In this document: positions 9,491 to 18,147 of the stretch, one piece after another
Layout: each line of letters starts with the position of its first letter
Position numbering within the stretch: position 1 is the first letter of the stretch
NCBI GenBank assembly: GCA_025935815.1
Contig: JAICUO010000001.1
Location: 1-49,786 of the forward strand
Direction: 5' to 3'
DNA length: 49,786 bases
From: Streptosporangiaceae bacterium
GTDB lineage: Bacteria > Actinomycetota > Actinomycetes > Streptosporangiales > Streptosporangiaceae
Made by a program: the position numbers and the translations under genes
Notes under the pieces: model-generated
What the model was told of the DNA's origin: nothing
Seen by the model: the letters and a program-made list of their open reading frames with translations, nothing else
The model's database searches: none

Positions 9491-10630
9491 ATGAAGGTCG
9501 GCGTGTGGCTGATCGGCGCTCGCGGCTCAATCGCGACCACGGTCGTCGCCGGGGTGGCCGCGGTCAAGTGCGGGTTGTCGGCCCCCGTAGGCTGCGTGAC
9601 AGAGCTGCCTTTCTTCGCCGGCTGCGCCCTGCCCGCAATCGGTGACCTTGTCTTCGGCGGCCACGACATCGCGGTAACGCCGCTGACGAAGCGAGCGGAG
9701 CGGCTGGCGGAAGGCGGTGTGCTTCCGGCCCGGATACTCGACGCCGTGCTCGACGACCTGGTCGCGGCGGACGCGGAGATCCGGCCCGGCGCGGCCAGCG
9801 TGGCCGGATCAGGGCCGGGCCCTGATCCGGCCACGCTGGCTGCGGACATCGCCGGGTTCCGCGAGCGCCACCGCCTGGACCTGGTGGTGGTCGTCAACGT
9901 CGCCTCCACGGAGCCGCCTGCCGTTCCGTGCCCGGACCATGCATCGCTGGCCGCCCTGGAGGATGCCATGGCCGACGGCCTGAGCGTCCTGCCGCCCAGT
10001 TCGCGGTACGCATACGCGGCATTCCGCGCCGGGTGCCCATACGTCGATTTCACGCCCTCCACCGGGGCGCGGCTGCCCGCGCTGGACGAACTCGCACGTT
10101 CCGAGCGCCTCCCGTACGCCGGCCGCGACGCCAAGACCGGTGAGTCCCTGGTGAAGTCGGCGCTGGCGCCGATGTTCGCGCAGCGTGCGCTGCGAGTGCG
10201 CTCCTGGAGCGGGATCAACCTGCTCGGCGGCGGAGACGGCGCGACGCTAGCCGACCCGGCGGCCGCGGCGAGCAAGCTAGCGTCCAAGAGCCGCGTGCTC
10301 GCCGCGCCGCTGGGCGGCGACGTTGAGCAGGTCATTCACATCGACCAGGTCGCGGACATGGGCGAATGGAAGACAGCGTGGGACCACGTTACCTTCGACG
10401 GCTTCCTCGGTGTCCGGATGACCTTCCAGTTCACCTGGCAGGGCTGTGACTCGGCTCTGGGCGCGCCGCTGGTGATCGCTCTCGCCCGGCTGATGTCGCA
10501 TGCGTACGCGACGGGCCAATCAGGTCCGGTCGCACCGCTCGCCTTCTTTTTCAAGGACCCGGTCGGCGAGGCCGCACACGGTCTCGCCGAGCAGTTCGCG
10601 GCGCTTACCCAGTGGGCCGGCCAGCAGTGA
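9491..10630 (+). CDS. myo-Inositol-1-phosphate synthase family protein
   Basis: VGVWLIGARGSIATT NAD-binding start, VNVASTE, FTPS, GRDAKTGE, NLLGGGDG, KLASK, WQGCDSALGAPL, FFKDP; GGGAGG RBS before ATG 9491. Confidence 0.9.
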   Translation: MKVGVWLIGARGSIATTVVAGVAAVKCGLSAPVGCVTELPFFAGCALPAIGDLVFGGHDIAVTPLTKRAERLAEGGVLPARILDAVLDDLVAADAEIRPGAASVAGSGPGPDPATLAADIAGFRERHRLDLVVVVNVASTEPPAVPCPDHASLAALEDAMADGLSVLPPSSRYAYAAFRAGCPYVDFTPSTGARLPALDELARSERLPYAGRDAKTGESLVKSALAPMFAQRALRVRSWSGINLLGGGDGATLADPAAAASKLASKSRVLAAPLGGDVEQVIHIDQVADMGEWKTAWDHVTFDGFLGVRMTFQFTWQGCDSALGAPLVIALARLMSHAYATGQSGPVAPLAFFFKDPVGEAAHGLAEQFAALTQWAGQQ

Positions 10631-11502
10631 TGTCATGGCTGCCGTCGCCGCGGGCCGTCGCCGAACTGGTCCGGGCCCCGGCGGCACTGACCGTTCCCGG
10701 GGACAGCCTCGCCGGGGCGGCCGCGGCCGGCTGGCCGTTTGGCTCGCGCACCCCGGCGCTGGCCGCATCCTCGGTCTGCCTGTACTGGGCCGGGATGGCG
10801 CTCAACGATTACGCCGACCGGATGGTCGACGCGGCCGAGCGCCCGGAGCGGCCCATCCCCTCTGACCGGGTACGACCGGAGGTCGCGCTGGGACTGGCGA
10901 CCGGCTTGACCGCCGCCGGGATCGCAATCGCGGGCACTGCGGGCGGGCGCCGGGCGCTGACGGTCGCGGTACCGCTGGCCAGCCTGGCCTGGGCCTATGA
11001 TCTCGGGCTGAAATCCACGCCAGCCGGCCCGGCCGTGATGGCGGCCGCCCGGGCCTGCGACGTGCTGCTCGGCGCGGGCTCTGGCCGGCTATCCCGGGCG
11101 CTTCCCGCGGCGGCCGCCATCGCCGCGCACACGCTGTCGGTAACCTCGCTCAGCCGGGGCGAGGTGGCCGGGACGGACAGCCGCCTGCCGGCCGTCACGC
11201 TGGCCGTTACCACGCTGACCGCCGGCCGCCTGGCCGCCACCCGCGGTGCGCGAAGCCCGCTGGGACGCGTCAGCTGGGTCCTGCTGTCCGCCTATGTGGC
11301 GACATTCGGCCGCGCGCAGCTCGGCGCCATCAGCGATCCTTCGGCGCCGACCGTACGACGGGCGGTGAGCAGGGGGATCCTCGCCCTGATACCGCTGCAG
11401 GGCGCGCTGGCCGTGCAGGCCCGTGCCCCGCGCACCGCTGCCGCCATCACGCTGGCGTTCCCGCTGGCCCGGTGGATGTCTAGGAAGGTCTCGCCGACGT
11501 GA
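10630..11502 (+). CDS. UbiA-family prenyltransferase (EboC-like)
   Basis: GMALNDYADRMVDAAERPERPIPS first Asp-rich motif, AYDLGLK second motif, multiple TM helices; TGATG coupling to the upstream gene. Confidence 0.9.
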   Translation: MSWLPSPRAVAELVRAPAALTVPGDSLAGAAAAGWPFGSRTPALAASSVCLYWAGMALNDYADRMVDAAERPERPIPSDRVRPEVALGLATGLTAAGIAIAGTAGGRRALTVAVPLASLAWAYDLGLKSTPAGPAVMAAARACDVLLGAGSGRLSRALPAAAAIAAHTLSVTSLSRGEVAGTDSRLPAVTLAVTTLTAGRLAATRGARSPLGRVSWVLLSAYVATFGRAQLGAISDPSAPTVRRAVSRGILALIPLQGALAVQARAPRTAAAITLAFPLARWMSRKVSPT

Positions 11503-12368
11503 TCATCTTCGACCCGCACATTCACATGACCTCGCGCACCACAGACGACTACGCGGCCATGCGCGCGGCCGGGGTGCGCGCCCTGGTAGAGCCCGCCTTC
11601 TGGCTCGGCCAGCCGCGGACGTCCGCGGCGAGCTTCACCGACTACTTCGACGGCCTGATCGGCTGGGAGCCATTCCGCGCCTCGCAGTTCGGGATCCGTC
11701 ACCATTGCGCGATCGCGCTGAATCCCAAGGAAGCCAACGACCCGCGGTGCGCGCAGGTACTGGACCTGCTGCCGCGCTACCTGGTGAAGGACGGCGTCGT
11801 GGCCGTCGGCGAAATCGGCTATGACTCAATGACGCCAGCGGAGGACAGCGCGTTCGCCCGCCAGCTTGAGCTTGCGATCAACGCGCAGCTCCCCGCGCTC
11901 GTGCACACGCCGCACCGGGACAAGCTGGCCGGCACGCTGCGCTCCCTCGCGGTCATCGGGGAGTCCGGGATCGATCCCGGCCAGGTGGTGCTCGATCACC
12001 TGAACGAGCTGACCGTCGAGCCCGTGCGTGACTCAGGCTGCTGGCTGGGCTTCTCGATATACCCGGACACGAAAATGGATCCCGGCCGGATGGTGGCCCT
12101 TCTCCGCAGGTACGGCACCCGGCAGATCATGGTCAATTCCGCTGCGGACTGGGGGAAGAGCGACCCGCTGGCTACCCGCAGGACTGGCGAGGCGATGCTC
12201 GCGACCGGGTTTAGCCAGGACGACGTCGACCAGGTGCTCTGGCGTAATCCGGCGGCATTCTTCGGCCAGAGCGGCCGACTGGATCTCAGTGACGCGGGGA
12301 CCGGCCCCGCCGCCACGTTCGAGGATAATTCGATCCTACGCGGCACCCCTGCCGCAAGCGCCGTTTAG
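11499..12368 (+). CDS. TatD-family metallohydrolase (EboB-like)
   Basis: FDPHIHM, VEPAFWLGQPR, VGEIGYD, VHTPHRDK, LDH, NSAADWG; GTGA overlap with UbiA gene. Confidence 0.9.
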   Translation: MIIFDPHIHMTSRTTDDYAAMRAAGVRALVEPAFWLGQPRTSAASFTDYFDGLIGWEPFRASQFGIRHHCAIALNPKEANDPRCAQVLDLLPRYLVKDGVVAVGEIGYDSMTPAEDSAFARQLELAINAQLPALVHTPHRDKLAGTLRSLAVIGESGIDPGQVVLDHLNELTVEPVRDSGCWLGFSIYPDTKMDPGRMVALLRRYGTRQIMVNSAADWGKSDPLATRRTGEAMLATGFSQDDVDQVLWRNPAAFFGQSGRLDLSDAGTGPAATFEDNSILRGTPAASAV

Positions 12369-12417
12369 CGAGCGCCCGCTGGCGCCATCGCTGCCGGCAA
12401 ATCAGCGAACCAGGAAA

Positions 12418-12470
12418 CCGGTAACTGTGTTGGCTTCCGCGAATTGCGCGGAAGCCAACACAGTTACCGG
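12418..12470. terminator. Long hairpin between convergent genes, likely bidirectional terminator
   Basis: CCGGTAACTGTGTTGGCTTCCGCG-aattg-CGCGGAAGCCAACACAGTTACCGG, perfect 24-bp stem. Confidence 0.8.
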
Positions 12471-12500
12471 ACAGTAGCGGCAGGCGAGGCTCTTGTTCGC

Positions 12501-13445
12501 TCACACTCCGCGCATCTCGCCCATGGCCACGAAGAGCTCCCGCGGTCCCGAGTACGGCCAGCGGCTATGCGCGACCAGTTCATTGTCTATCAGCAGCATG
12601 TCATGCTCTTGCCAGTAGACCGGCGCGGCCAGCTGGTGGTAGATCCGGCGGATGTCCAGCACGATGTCGTCCGGTATTTCGGAGCCATCGCCAAGGCGCA
12701 CGTCGCGCGGAGGCTCATCCTCCGGGAGAACGCTCGCCAGGGTTCTCCTGGTCATCGGGTCCAGCATGGCTGGATGGAAAAGGAGGATCTGATGGAACGG
12801 CACGTGCGCGTCGATTGCATGGTGCCGCCTGACGGCGGCGGCGTCACGCTCGACGCGGAGCGCGCCCGATGGCCGCCACTGCGCGCGCATCCCGCCTTTC
12901 GCGCATATCCTCAGCACCTCGTCCCGGTCGTCGCAGCGGAAGAACTCCTGCCAGGGAACGTCCAGGCCGGCGTGGAAGTGGCGGATATACCTGAGGCCGT
13001 GCCTGGCCAGCGAGTCCATGATCTGGGCCGGCAGCTCCCGGGCTACGGCCCGGCCGTCCGTTACCGCCGTCTCACCGCCGGAAGCCGCGGGCACCGTGCA
13101 GTAGAAGAACTGCATTGTTGGCCACTGCGGGAGGTGTGACCCTTCATTATGGAACTCGATCGTGGCATCGGCCGGGTACGGCGTTGCATGGTAGACAGCT
13201 TCTATGTCCTCTATTGCGGGCAGGTCCGCGTACTTCTCGTACAGCGAGGGGCACAGCGCCTTGGCATGCGCGCGGAACTCTTCGGGCGACTCGATGTCAA
13301 ATCCCCTGAACAAGAGAGAGCCATGCTCATAGAGCAGCTCCTTGAGCGCAGGGCGGTTTTCCGAAAGCCATTCGCGAGGCGCCGCCCCCTTCGCTTCGTC
13401 GGCAGTAACCAGGTAAGACCGGGAGACGGACCCGCTGCCATCCAT
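12501..13445 (-). CDS. TauD/TfdA (SyrP-like) Fe(II)/2-oxoglutarate dioxygenase
   Basis: HGSLLFRGF, IEFHNE (HxE), WPTMQFFYC, GGETAVTDGR, WQEHDMLLIDNELVAHSR; GGAGG RBS before ATG 13445. Confidence 0.9.
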   Translation of the reverse strand: MDGSGSVSRSYLVTADEAKGAAPREWLSENRPALKELLYEHGSLLFRGFDIESPEEFRAHAKALCPSLYEKYADLPAIEDIEAVYHATPYPADATIEFHNEGSHLPQWPTMQFFYCTVPAASGGETAVTDGRAVARELPAQIMDSLARHGLRYIRHFHAGLDVPWQEFFRCDDRDEVLRICAKGGMRAQWRPSGALRVERDAAAVRRHHAIDAHVPFHQILLFHPAMLDPMTRRTLASVLPEDEPPRDVRLGDGSEIPDDIVLDIRRIYHQLAAPVYWQEHDMLLIDNELVAHSRWPYSGPRELFVAMGEMRGV

Positions 13446-13487
13446 CTGCGCCTCCATTTTAACTATCCTAAATTCCACCAGGCGGAA

Positions 13488-13520
13488 AGCCTAGCGTCCC
13501 CAGCAATACGCGCTCTATAT
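13488..13520 (-). promoter_or_regulatory. Putative SARP-dependent promoter of the dioxygenase
   Basis: Minus strand ATATAGA-gcgc-GTATTGC-9 nt-TAGGCT. Confidence 0.65.
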
Positions 13521-13613
13521 GCCGGGGCCGGCACCCCGCAGCCGGGACGGCTAGCCGGAGGGCAAAAATACGAGCTAGCACGATTGCGGGCCAGGCGCGC
13601 GGTTCTTAGCGTG

Positions 13614-14558
13614 ATGAGCATGCCGAAAACCACCTGGCGGCGCCCTGGCCGCAGCGCGGGCGTCGTCATCACGGGGATTCTCTTGCCGGTCCTGTTGTGC
13701 TCGTGTAAAGGCACTCAGGAGGCCGGGCCGGTCGCGGCCGGATCTCTTCCCGCACAGGCCCACAGCAACCTAAGCGACGGATCGTATGTCGCGCTGGGCG
13801 ATTCGTACACGTCCGCCCCGCTTGTCACTGACGAGGCGATCAATCCAAGCGGGTGCATGCGCTCCGACGAGGACTACCCCGAGCTTGTCGCGCGGGCGCT
13901 GCGACCGCGCTCTTTCACCAACATGAGCTGCTTTGGCGCGTCGACCTACGACATAAGCCATCCCCAGCAGGCCAACGATCGGGCCAACCCGCCGCAGATC
14001 AGCGCGCTGTCCCCCGCCGACACGCTGGTCACGGTCCAGGTTGGAGGCGATGACATCGGCTTCAGCCACATCGTTGCCACCTGTGGCGTGCTCAGCTTGA
14101 CCCAGCTGTGGAAGGGGGCGCCGTGCATGGAGCACTACACGGCGGGCGGCACCGACACGCTGGCCCAGGCGATCGCCCGCACCGCGCCGAAAATCGTGGC
14201 GATGCTCACGCAGATCCGCCAGCGATCCCCGGGCGCGCGGATCCTCCTCATCGGCTACCCGGACATCCTCCCGGTCAGCGGAAACGGCTGCTGGCCGCTC
14301 GTGCCCATAGCGCGCGACGATGTGCCGTACCTGCGCACCGTCGAGACCGGCCTGAATGCCATGCTCGCAGCCTCGGCCAGGAAAGTAGGCGTCAGCTATG
14401 TCGACACCTATCAGGGCAGCATCGGGCACGATGCCTGCCAGTCCTCCGACGACAAATGGGTGGAAGGCATGATACCCACGTCCAGGGCAATGCCGATGCA
14501 TCCTAACGCGGCCGGCGAGCAAGCCATGGCCCGGGTCATCCTGGCCAGTCTTCATTGA
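13614..14558 (+). CDS. SGNH/GDSL esterase-lipase, probable lipoprotein
   Basis: YVALGDSYTS block I, SCFGAS, GGDDIGF, HPN; basic plus hydrophobic signal ending LLCSC; start re-assigned from 13149, which overlaps the dioxygenase. Confidence 0.85.
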   Translation: MSMPKTTWRRPGRSAGVVITGILLPVLLCSCKGTQEAGPVAAGSLPAQAHSNLSDGSYVALGDSYTSAPLVTDEAINPSGCMRSDEDYPELVARALRPRSFTNMSCFGASTYDISHPQQANDRANPPQISALSPADTLVTVQVGGDDIGFSHIVATCGVLSLTQLWKGAPCMEHYTAGGTDTLAQAIARTAPKIVAMLTQIRQRSPGARILLIGYPDILPVSGNGCWPLVPIARDDVPYLRTVETGLNAMLAASARKVGVSYVDTYQGSIGHDACQSSDDKWVEGMIPTSRAMPMHPNAAGEQAMARVILASLH

Positions 14559-14572
14559 CGGGCCGCCCGTCG

Positions 14573-14980
14573 TCAGCGGCCATACTGGACCAGTTCCACC
14601 AGGATGCCCGCGGGCTTGGGCAGGTACATGAAGGCCACTTTCATGCCGGGGCGCGCGCCCCGGCATGGACGGGAATCGACGGCCGCGAACCCTTTCCTTC
14701 TCAGCCGGCTGAACTCAAGCTCGATATCGTCGGCGAGGAAGGCCACGTGAAAGAGCCCCGGCCCGCTCCGCCCGAGCATGTCGCTCACGGACGAATTTTC
14801 CCGTACGGGCGAGACCACTTCGATAGCCGAGCCTTGCGGCGTCCCCCAGAACTCGCAGGCTACGCCGTAATCGTCGGCCACCCCCGAGTCAGATTTCCGC
14901 AATCCGAGCGCGATCATGAACTCCCCCACCGCGTCCGGGTCATTGGTCATCAGGCCGACGTGGTCGACTCCCAGTATCAT
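14573..14980 (-). CDS. VOC/glyoxalase-family protein (methylmalonyl-CoA epimerase-like)
   Basis: VDHVG, IEVVSP, GLFHVAF, LVELVQ give the H/E/H/E metal ligands; ATGA overlap with ACP stop. Confidence 0.85.
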   Translation of the reverse strand: MILGVDHVGLMTNDPDAVGEFMIALGLRKSDSGVADDYGVACEFWGTPQGSAIEVVSPVRENSSVSDMLGRSGPGLFHVAFLADDIELEFSRLRRKGFAAVDSRPCRGARPGMKVAFMYLPKPAGILVELVQYGR

Positions 14981-15240
14981 GAGGCCGGCATTTCCGCCGC
15001 ATTAGCGGTGGCCCGGACCAGCTCGATAAGGGCGTCCACCGTACGGACCGCGTTGAAGGCGCGCAGGTCCAGCACGATGCCCAGCTCATTCTCGAGCTGC
15101 GCCAGCACTTCGAGCGAGGCCAGGCTCGTCCACGCGTGCGCGGCCAGCGCCGGCTCGGCCGCAAGCCCGCCCACGGGCTCCTGCAGGACGTCGCTGAGTG
15201 CATCCAGGACAACGTCGCCGATCTTTGATTCATTATTCAT
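14977..15240 (-). CDS. Stand-alone acyl carrier protein
   Basis: 87 aa, acidic, WTSL (WDSL-type Ppant Ser), LENELGI, RTVDAL; ATGA overlap with FkbH stop. Confidence 0.8.
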   Translation of the reverse strand: MNNESKIGDVVLDALSDVLQEPVGGLAAEPALAAHAWTSLASLEVLAQLENELGIVLDLRAFNAVRTVDALIELVRATANAAEMPAS

Positions 15241-17126
15241 GTCGATTGACCATCCCGTTCGCGCAAGGTGATCCATTCTGGAACGTCAACTGTCGATTTC
15301 TCCAGGTCAAGGGTGAATTCGCCATCTGCTGTACTGGTGAATCCGGCGTTCTCCCAAAAGCCCGCCGATACCCTATTGCGTCCAGACGGGACGTACCGCC
15401 CGTTGAGCGCGGTCACGCCAGCGCTGCGCGCTCGCCGGGCCAGCCATCCGACCACGCCGAGCTCAATACCGCGCCCGAGCACCCGGCAGCTCAAGACCAT
15501 GTTCAGCACGGTCCAGGAGCGCCTGCCAAGCTGGACCCAGAGGCCGCCTACGATGCCCTCGTCACCGAAGCGATCCGCTACCGAGATGGAGCCGACCAGG
15601 TAATCCCCGTTGTCATTCAGGCCGGCGGTAGCCGTCTCGTCGAAGCGAATCCCGGTCAGGTTGAACTGGTTGGTGCGCGCCGCGAGCTGGGCCACCCGGA
15701 CCAGCGTGTATTCCGTCACGGGCGCGACCTCCAGGCGCAGGCCCAACGCCCGCAGGTATTTCTCCGGGGTGCCAAATCCCGTCTCGAACTCGCTGCGCTC
15801 GGCCCGCGCCCGGTAGAGGTCCGCGCGCTGCCGGTCGGTATCGGTCAGCGTCATGACGTCGAACCACCCGGGTTGCACCAGCGAGCGGACCAGGTAGGCC
15901 GGCTCGCCCGCGGCGGAGATGACCGGGATATCGGGCAGTTCGCTGCTGACCGCAAACCGCTCGACATCCGAGTCGTCCATGAAGGCGAACGACCCGGTCG
16001 CCAGGTTCAGCGACCGCGCGGCCTGACGAATGTTCTCGGCTTTGGCCGACCAGTTGACGGCACGGACCGAGAATGCCCCCGGCCGGAGCACTACCTCGGG
16101 ATGCTCGGCTAGCACCCGTTCGGCCACCTCGGGGTCGTTCTTGCTGGCCAGCACGAGGATCACGCCCTGTTCCCGGAGCCGCCGGACCGTGCGCTGCAGG
16201 GCCAGGTAGCAATTCCCCGGGTACAAGCCGCCAATCTCCAGGCCTGCGCCCCCGGCCTCGCCGACCACGCCTCCCCACAGGGTGTTGTCAAGGTCGAGCG
16301 CGAGCACCTTGCGGGACAGACCCCGCTTCGCCTGGACCGCCCGGCGGACCTGCTGGGCCAGGAGCAGCAGCGCGCCGTCGGTATACGGCATGTCCCCGTA
16401 CTGGCGCATCCGCTCATCGCGGGCGGGGAAGGCGGCATCCGCGAGCCGGGCGGCGAAGTCGATGCCCATGACCTGGCGGTGCTCCTCGGCCAAGCCGAGC
16501 AGGCCGGCGTTCAGCTGGTGCCATGCCTGGGCAACCGATGCCCGGCCGCGCCAGCTGATCAGGGTGTCCAGCACCTCGTTCGGGATCGGCACGGTGTGCA
16601 GCACCAGGGTCGCCTGGCTGCGCGCCAGGCACGACGCCAACAGGCTCCGGAACGCCGCCAGCCGCGTCTGGAGGTACCGCACGAGCGCTGCCGCATCGCC
16701 GCCGTCCCAGTCGCGGGGCAGGAAGTAGGACTCGTCGATGAGCAGGGCGACGATGTCCGGGTCACCATGGCCGGCAAAGCCTGCCGTCGCCAGCGACATC
16801 TCGAAGCTGGCATACGCTCCGGGCTCGATGACGGGCAGCACGCCTGCGCCGGTCACGGCGGCCCGCAGCAGGTTCTCGTAAGCGCCGATGGTGCAGGTGG
16901 CCGCGATCGCGACCCGGACCCTGGGCAGCGACTCCCCCCGCGGCTCCAGGCGGGCCAGGAGCCTGCCCGCCTTGTGCATCACCACCGGATCGGCCATGCC
17001 GGCCAGCGCGTGCCGGGCGGCCGGGCCTGGCTCCCGGCGATCGGTGACCGCGGAGCGCAGTTCATCCAGCAGTGCCTGCCCGGCACTCAGCGCACCGGCC
17101 GTCAGGGGGCTCGCGTCTCCCGTCAT
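15237..17126 (-). CDS. FkbH-like glyceryl-ACP synthase (HAD-IIIC phosphatase/transferase)
   Basis: KVLALDLDNTLWGG, ASKN, VNWSAKAENI, FMDDS, RTNQFN, DRFGDEG, LSCRVLGRGIE; TGATG coupling to KSIII. Confidence 0.93.
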   Translation of the reverse strand: MTGDASPLTAGALSAGQALLDELRSAVTDRREPGPAARHALAGMADPVVMHKAGRLLARLEPRGESLPRVRVAIAATCTIGAYENLLRAAVTGAGVLPVIEPGAYASFEMSLATAGFAGHGDPDIVALLIDESYFLPRDWDGGDAAALVRYLQTRLAAFRSLLASCLARSQATLVLHTVPIPNEVLDTLISWRGRASVAQAWHQLNAGLLGLAEEHRQVMGIDFAARLADAAFPARDERMRQYGDMPYTDGALLLLAQQVRRAVQAKRGLSRKVLALDLDNTLWGGVVGEAGGAGLEIGGLYPGNCYLALQRTVRRLREQGVILVLASKNDPEVAERVLAEHPEVVLRPGAFSVRAVNWSAKAENIRQAARSLNLATGSFAFMDDSDVERFAVSSELPDIPVISAAGEPAYLVRSLVQPGWFDVMTLTDTDRQRADLYRARAERSEFETGFGTPEKYLRALGLRLEVAPVTEYTLVRVAQLAARTNQFNLTGIRFDETATAGLNDNGDYLVGSISVADRFGDEGIVGGLWVQLGRRSWTVLNMVLSCRVLGRGIELGVVGWLARRARSAGVTALNGRYVPSGRNRVSAGFWENAGFTSTADGEFTLDLEKSTVDVPEWITLRERDGQST

Positions 17127-18142
17127 CAGATCCGCACCAGGCTGCAATACCAGCGCATGCCGATCGACGTGCCGCTCAGCGCGACGGCGTCTCCCGGGTT
17201 GATCTCACCGGCATCGAGCATCAGGCCGAGGGAGGTGAGCTGGTCGGCGGCGCCCATGTGCCCGTGCCGCGCCGCGACGGTGGCGTTGGTGCGGTCCAGT
17301 GGTATCCCGACTGACCGCGCGACGTCCTCGATGACGTCCCGGCTGTCGTTGAGGTACAGCAGGTGCGTGAGCGCGTCGATGCCGATCCCGGCCCGCTTGC
17401 ATGCCCGGTCGACCACGTCGAAGGACCGCGTGCTGAGCAAGCCGAGGAATTGCCGGAGCCGGCGGGGGTTCTTATCGAAGTGCGCGTGGATGCGCTCGTT
17501 CCCCGCTTCCGCGATCAGGCTGGACCACTGCGGTGGCGGGACCGGGGCAATAGCCCCGCCGTAGTCACACCGGAACCACTCGCACAGCTCGGGATCGGTG
17601 AACTGCTCGGTGGACAGCCACTGGTTGCGGGGGAAGCCGCGGCGCAAGATGACGGCTACGGCGCCGTCGCTGTGCACGGCGTTGTTAACGTTCATCCGGT
17701 TGCGGTGGAATTCGCTGACCCGGTTGACCGCCACGAACAGGGCCGTGTCGATCTCGGGCTGGACGGCGAAGACCCCCGCGAGGAGCCCCAGGCCGGTAAC
17801 GCCCGCAGCGCATCCCTCCGTGAGCAGCATCGTCTGCCGCTCCCCGAGGCCAAGTTCCCTGGCCAGCGCGGCCGAGGAGTCCCAGTGCAGGTATTCCGGT
17901 ATCTCAGAGACCGCAAGGGCCAGCAGGTCAACGCTATCGAGGCTGATGCCGGCCCGGTTGACGGCATCCCTGGCCGCCTGCGCGGCCAGGGCCGTCGCCG
18001 TGACTGAGGGGGCCGCCCGGTGAAAGGTCTGGCACCCCCAGCGAAGGATCCGCTCCGGGTCAGACACGTACTGCCCGGCCACCTCGCTGACTTCTTGATC
18101 CGCGCCGAACGCGTACCCGAACCCGGCTATCCCGAACGTCAT
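17126..18142 (-). CDS. FabH-like ketosynthase III / acyltransferase
   Basis: EGCAAG catalytic Cys, SDGAVAVIL, GHMGAADQ in place of GNTSAAS, no PHQAN; ATG 18142 just after the NRPS2 stop. Confidence 0.85.
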   Translation of the reverse strand: MTFGIAGFGYAFGADQEVSEVAGQYVSDPERILRWGCQTFHRAAPSVTATALAAQAARDAVNRAGISLDSVDLLALAVSEIPEYLHWDSSAALARELGLGERQTMLLTEGCAAGVTGLGLLAGVFAVQPEIDTALFVAVNRVSEFHRNRMNVNNAVHSDGAVAVILRRGFPRNQWLSTEQFTDPELCEWFRCDYGGAIAPVPPPQWSSLIAEAGNERIHAHFDKNPRRLRQFLGLLSTRSFDVVDRACKRAGIGIDALTHLLYLNDSRDVIEDVARSVGIPLDRTNATVAARHGHMGAADQLTSLGLMLDAGEINPGDAVALSGTSIGMRWYCSLVRI

Positions 18143-18147
18143 CTGAA

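Noticed and set aside
11499-12368. TatD as a housekeeping DNase or defence nuclease
   Set aside because: EPAFWLGQPR and NSAADWG motifs and the MIPS-UbiA context indicate the ebo-associated subfamily
13149-13613. N-terminal 155 codons of the 469-aa plus-strand ORF
   Set aside because: Overlaps the dioxygenase antisense and its promoter; the signal peptide begins at about 13614
14977-18142. Calling the cluster a standard (spiro)tetronate pathway
   Set aside because: No PKS, Agg4/Agg5-like enzymes or Diels-Alderase visible in the window
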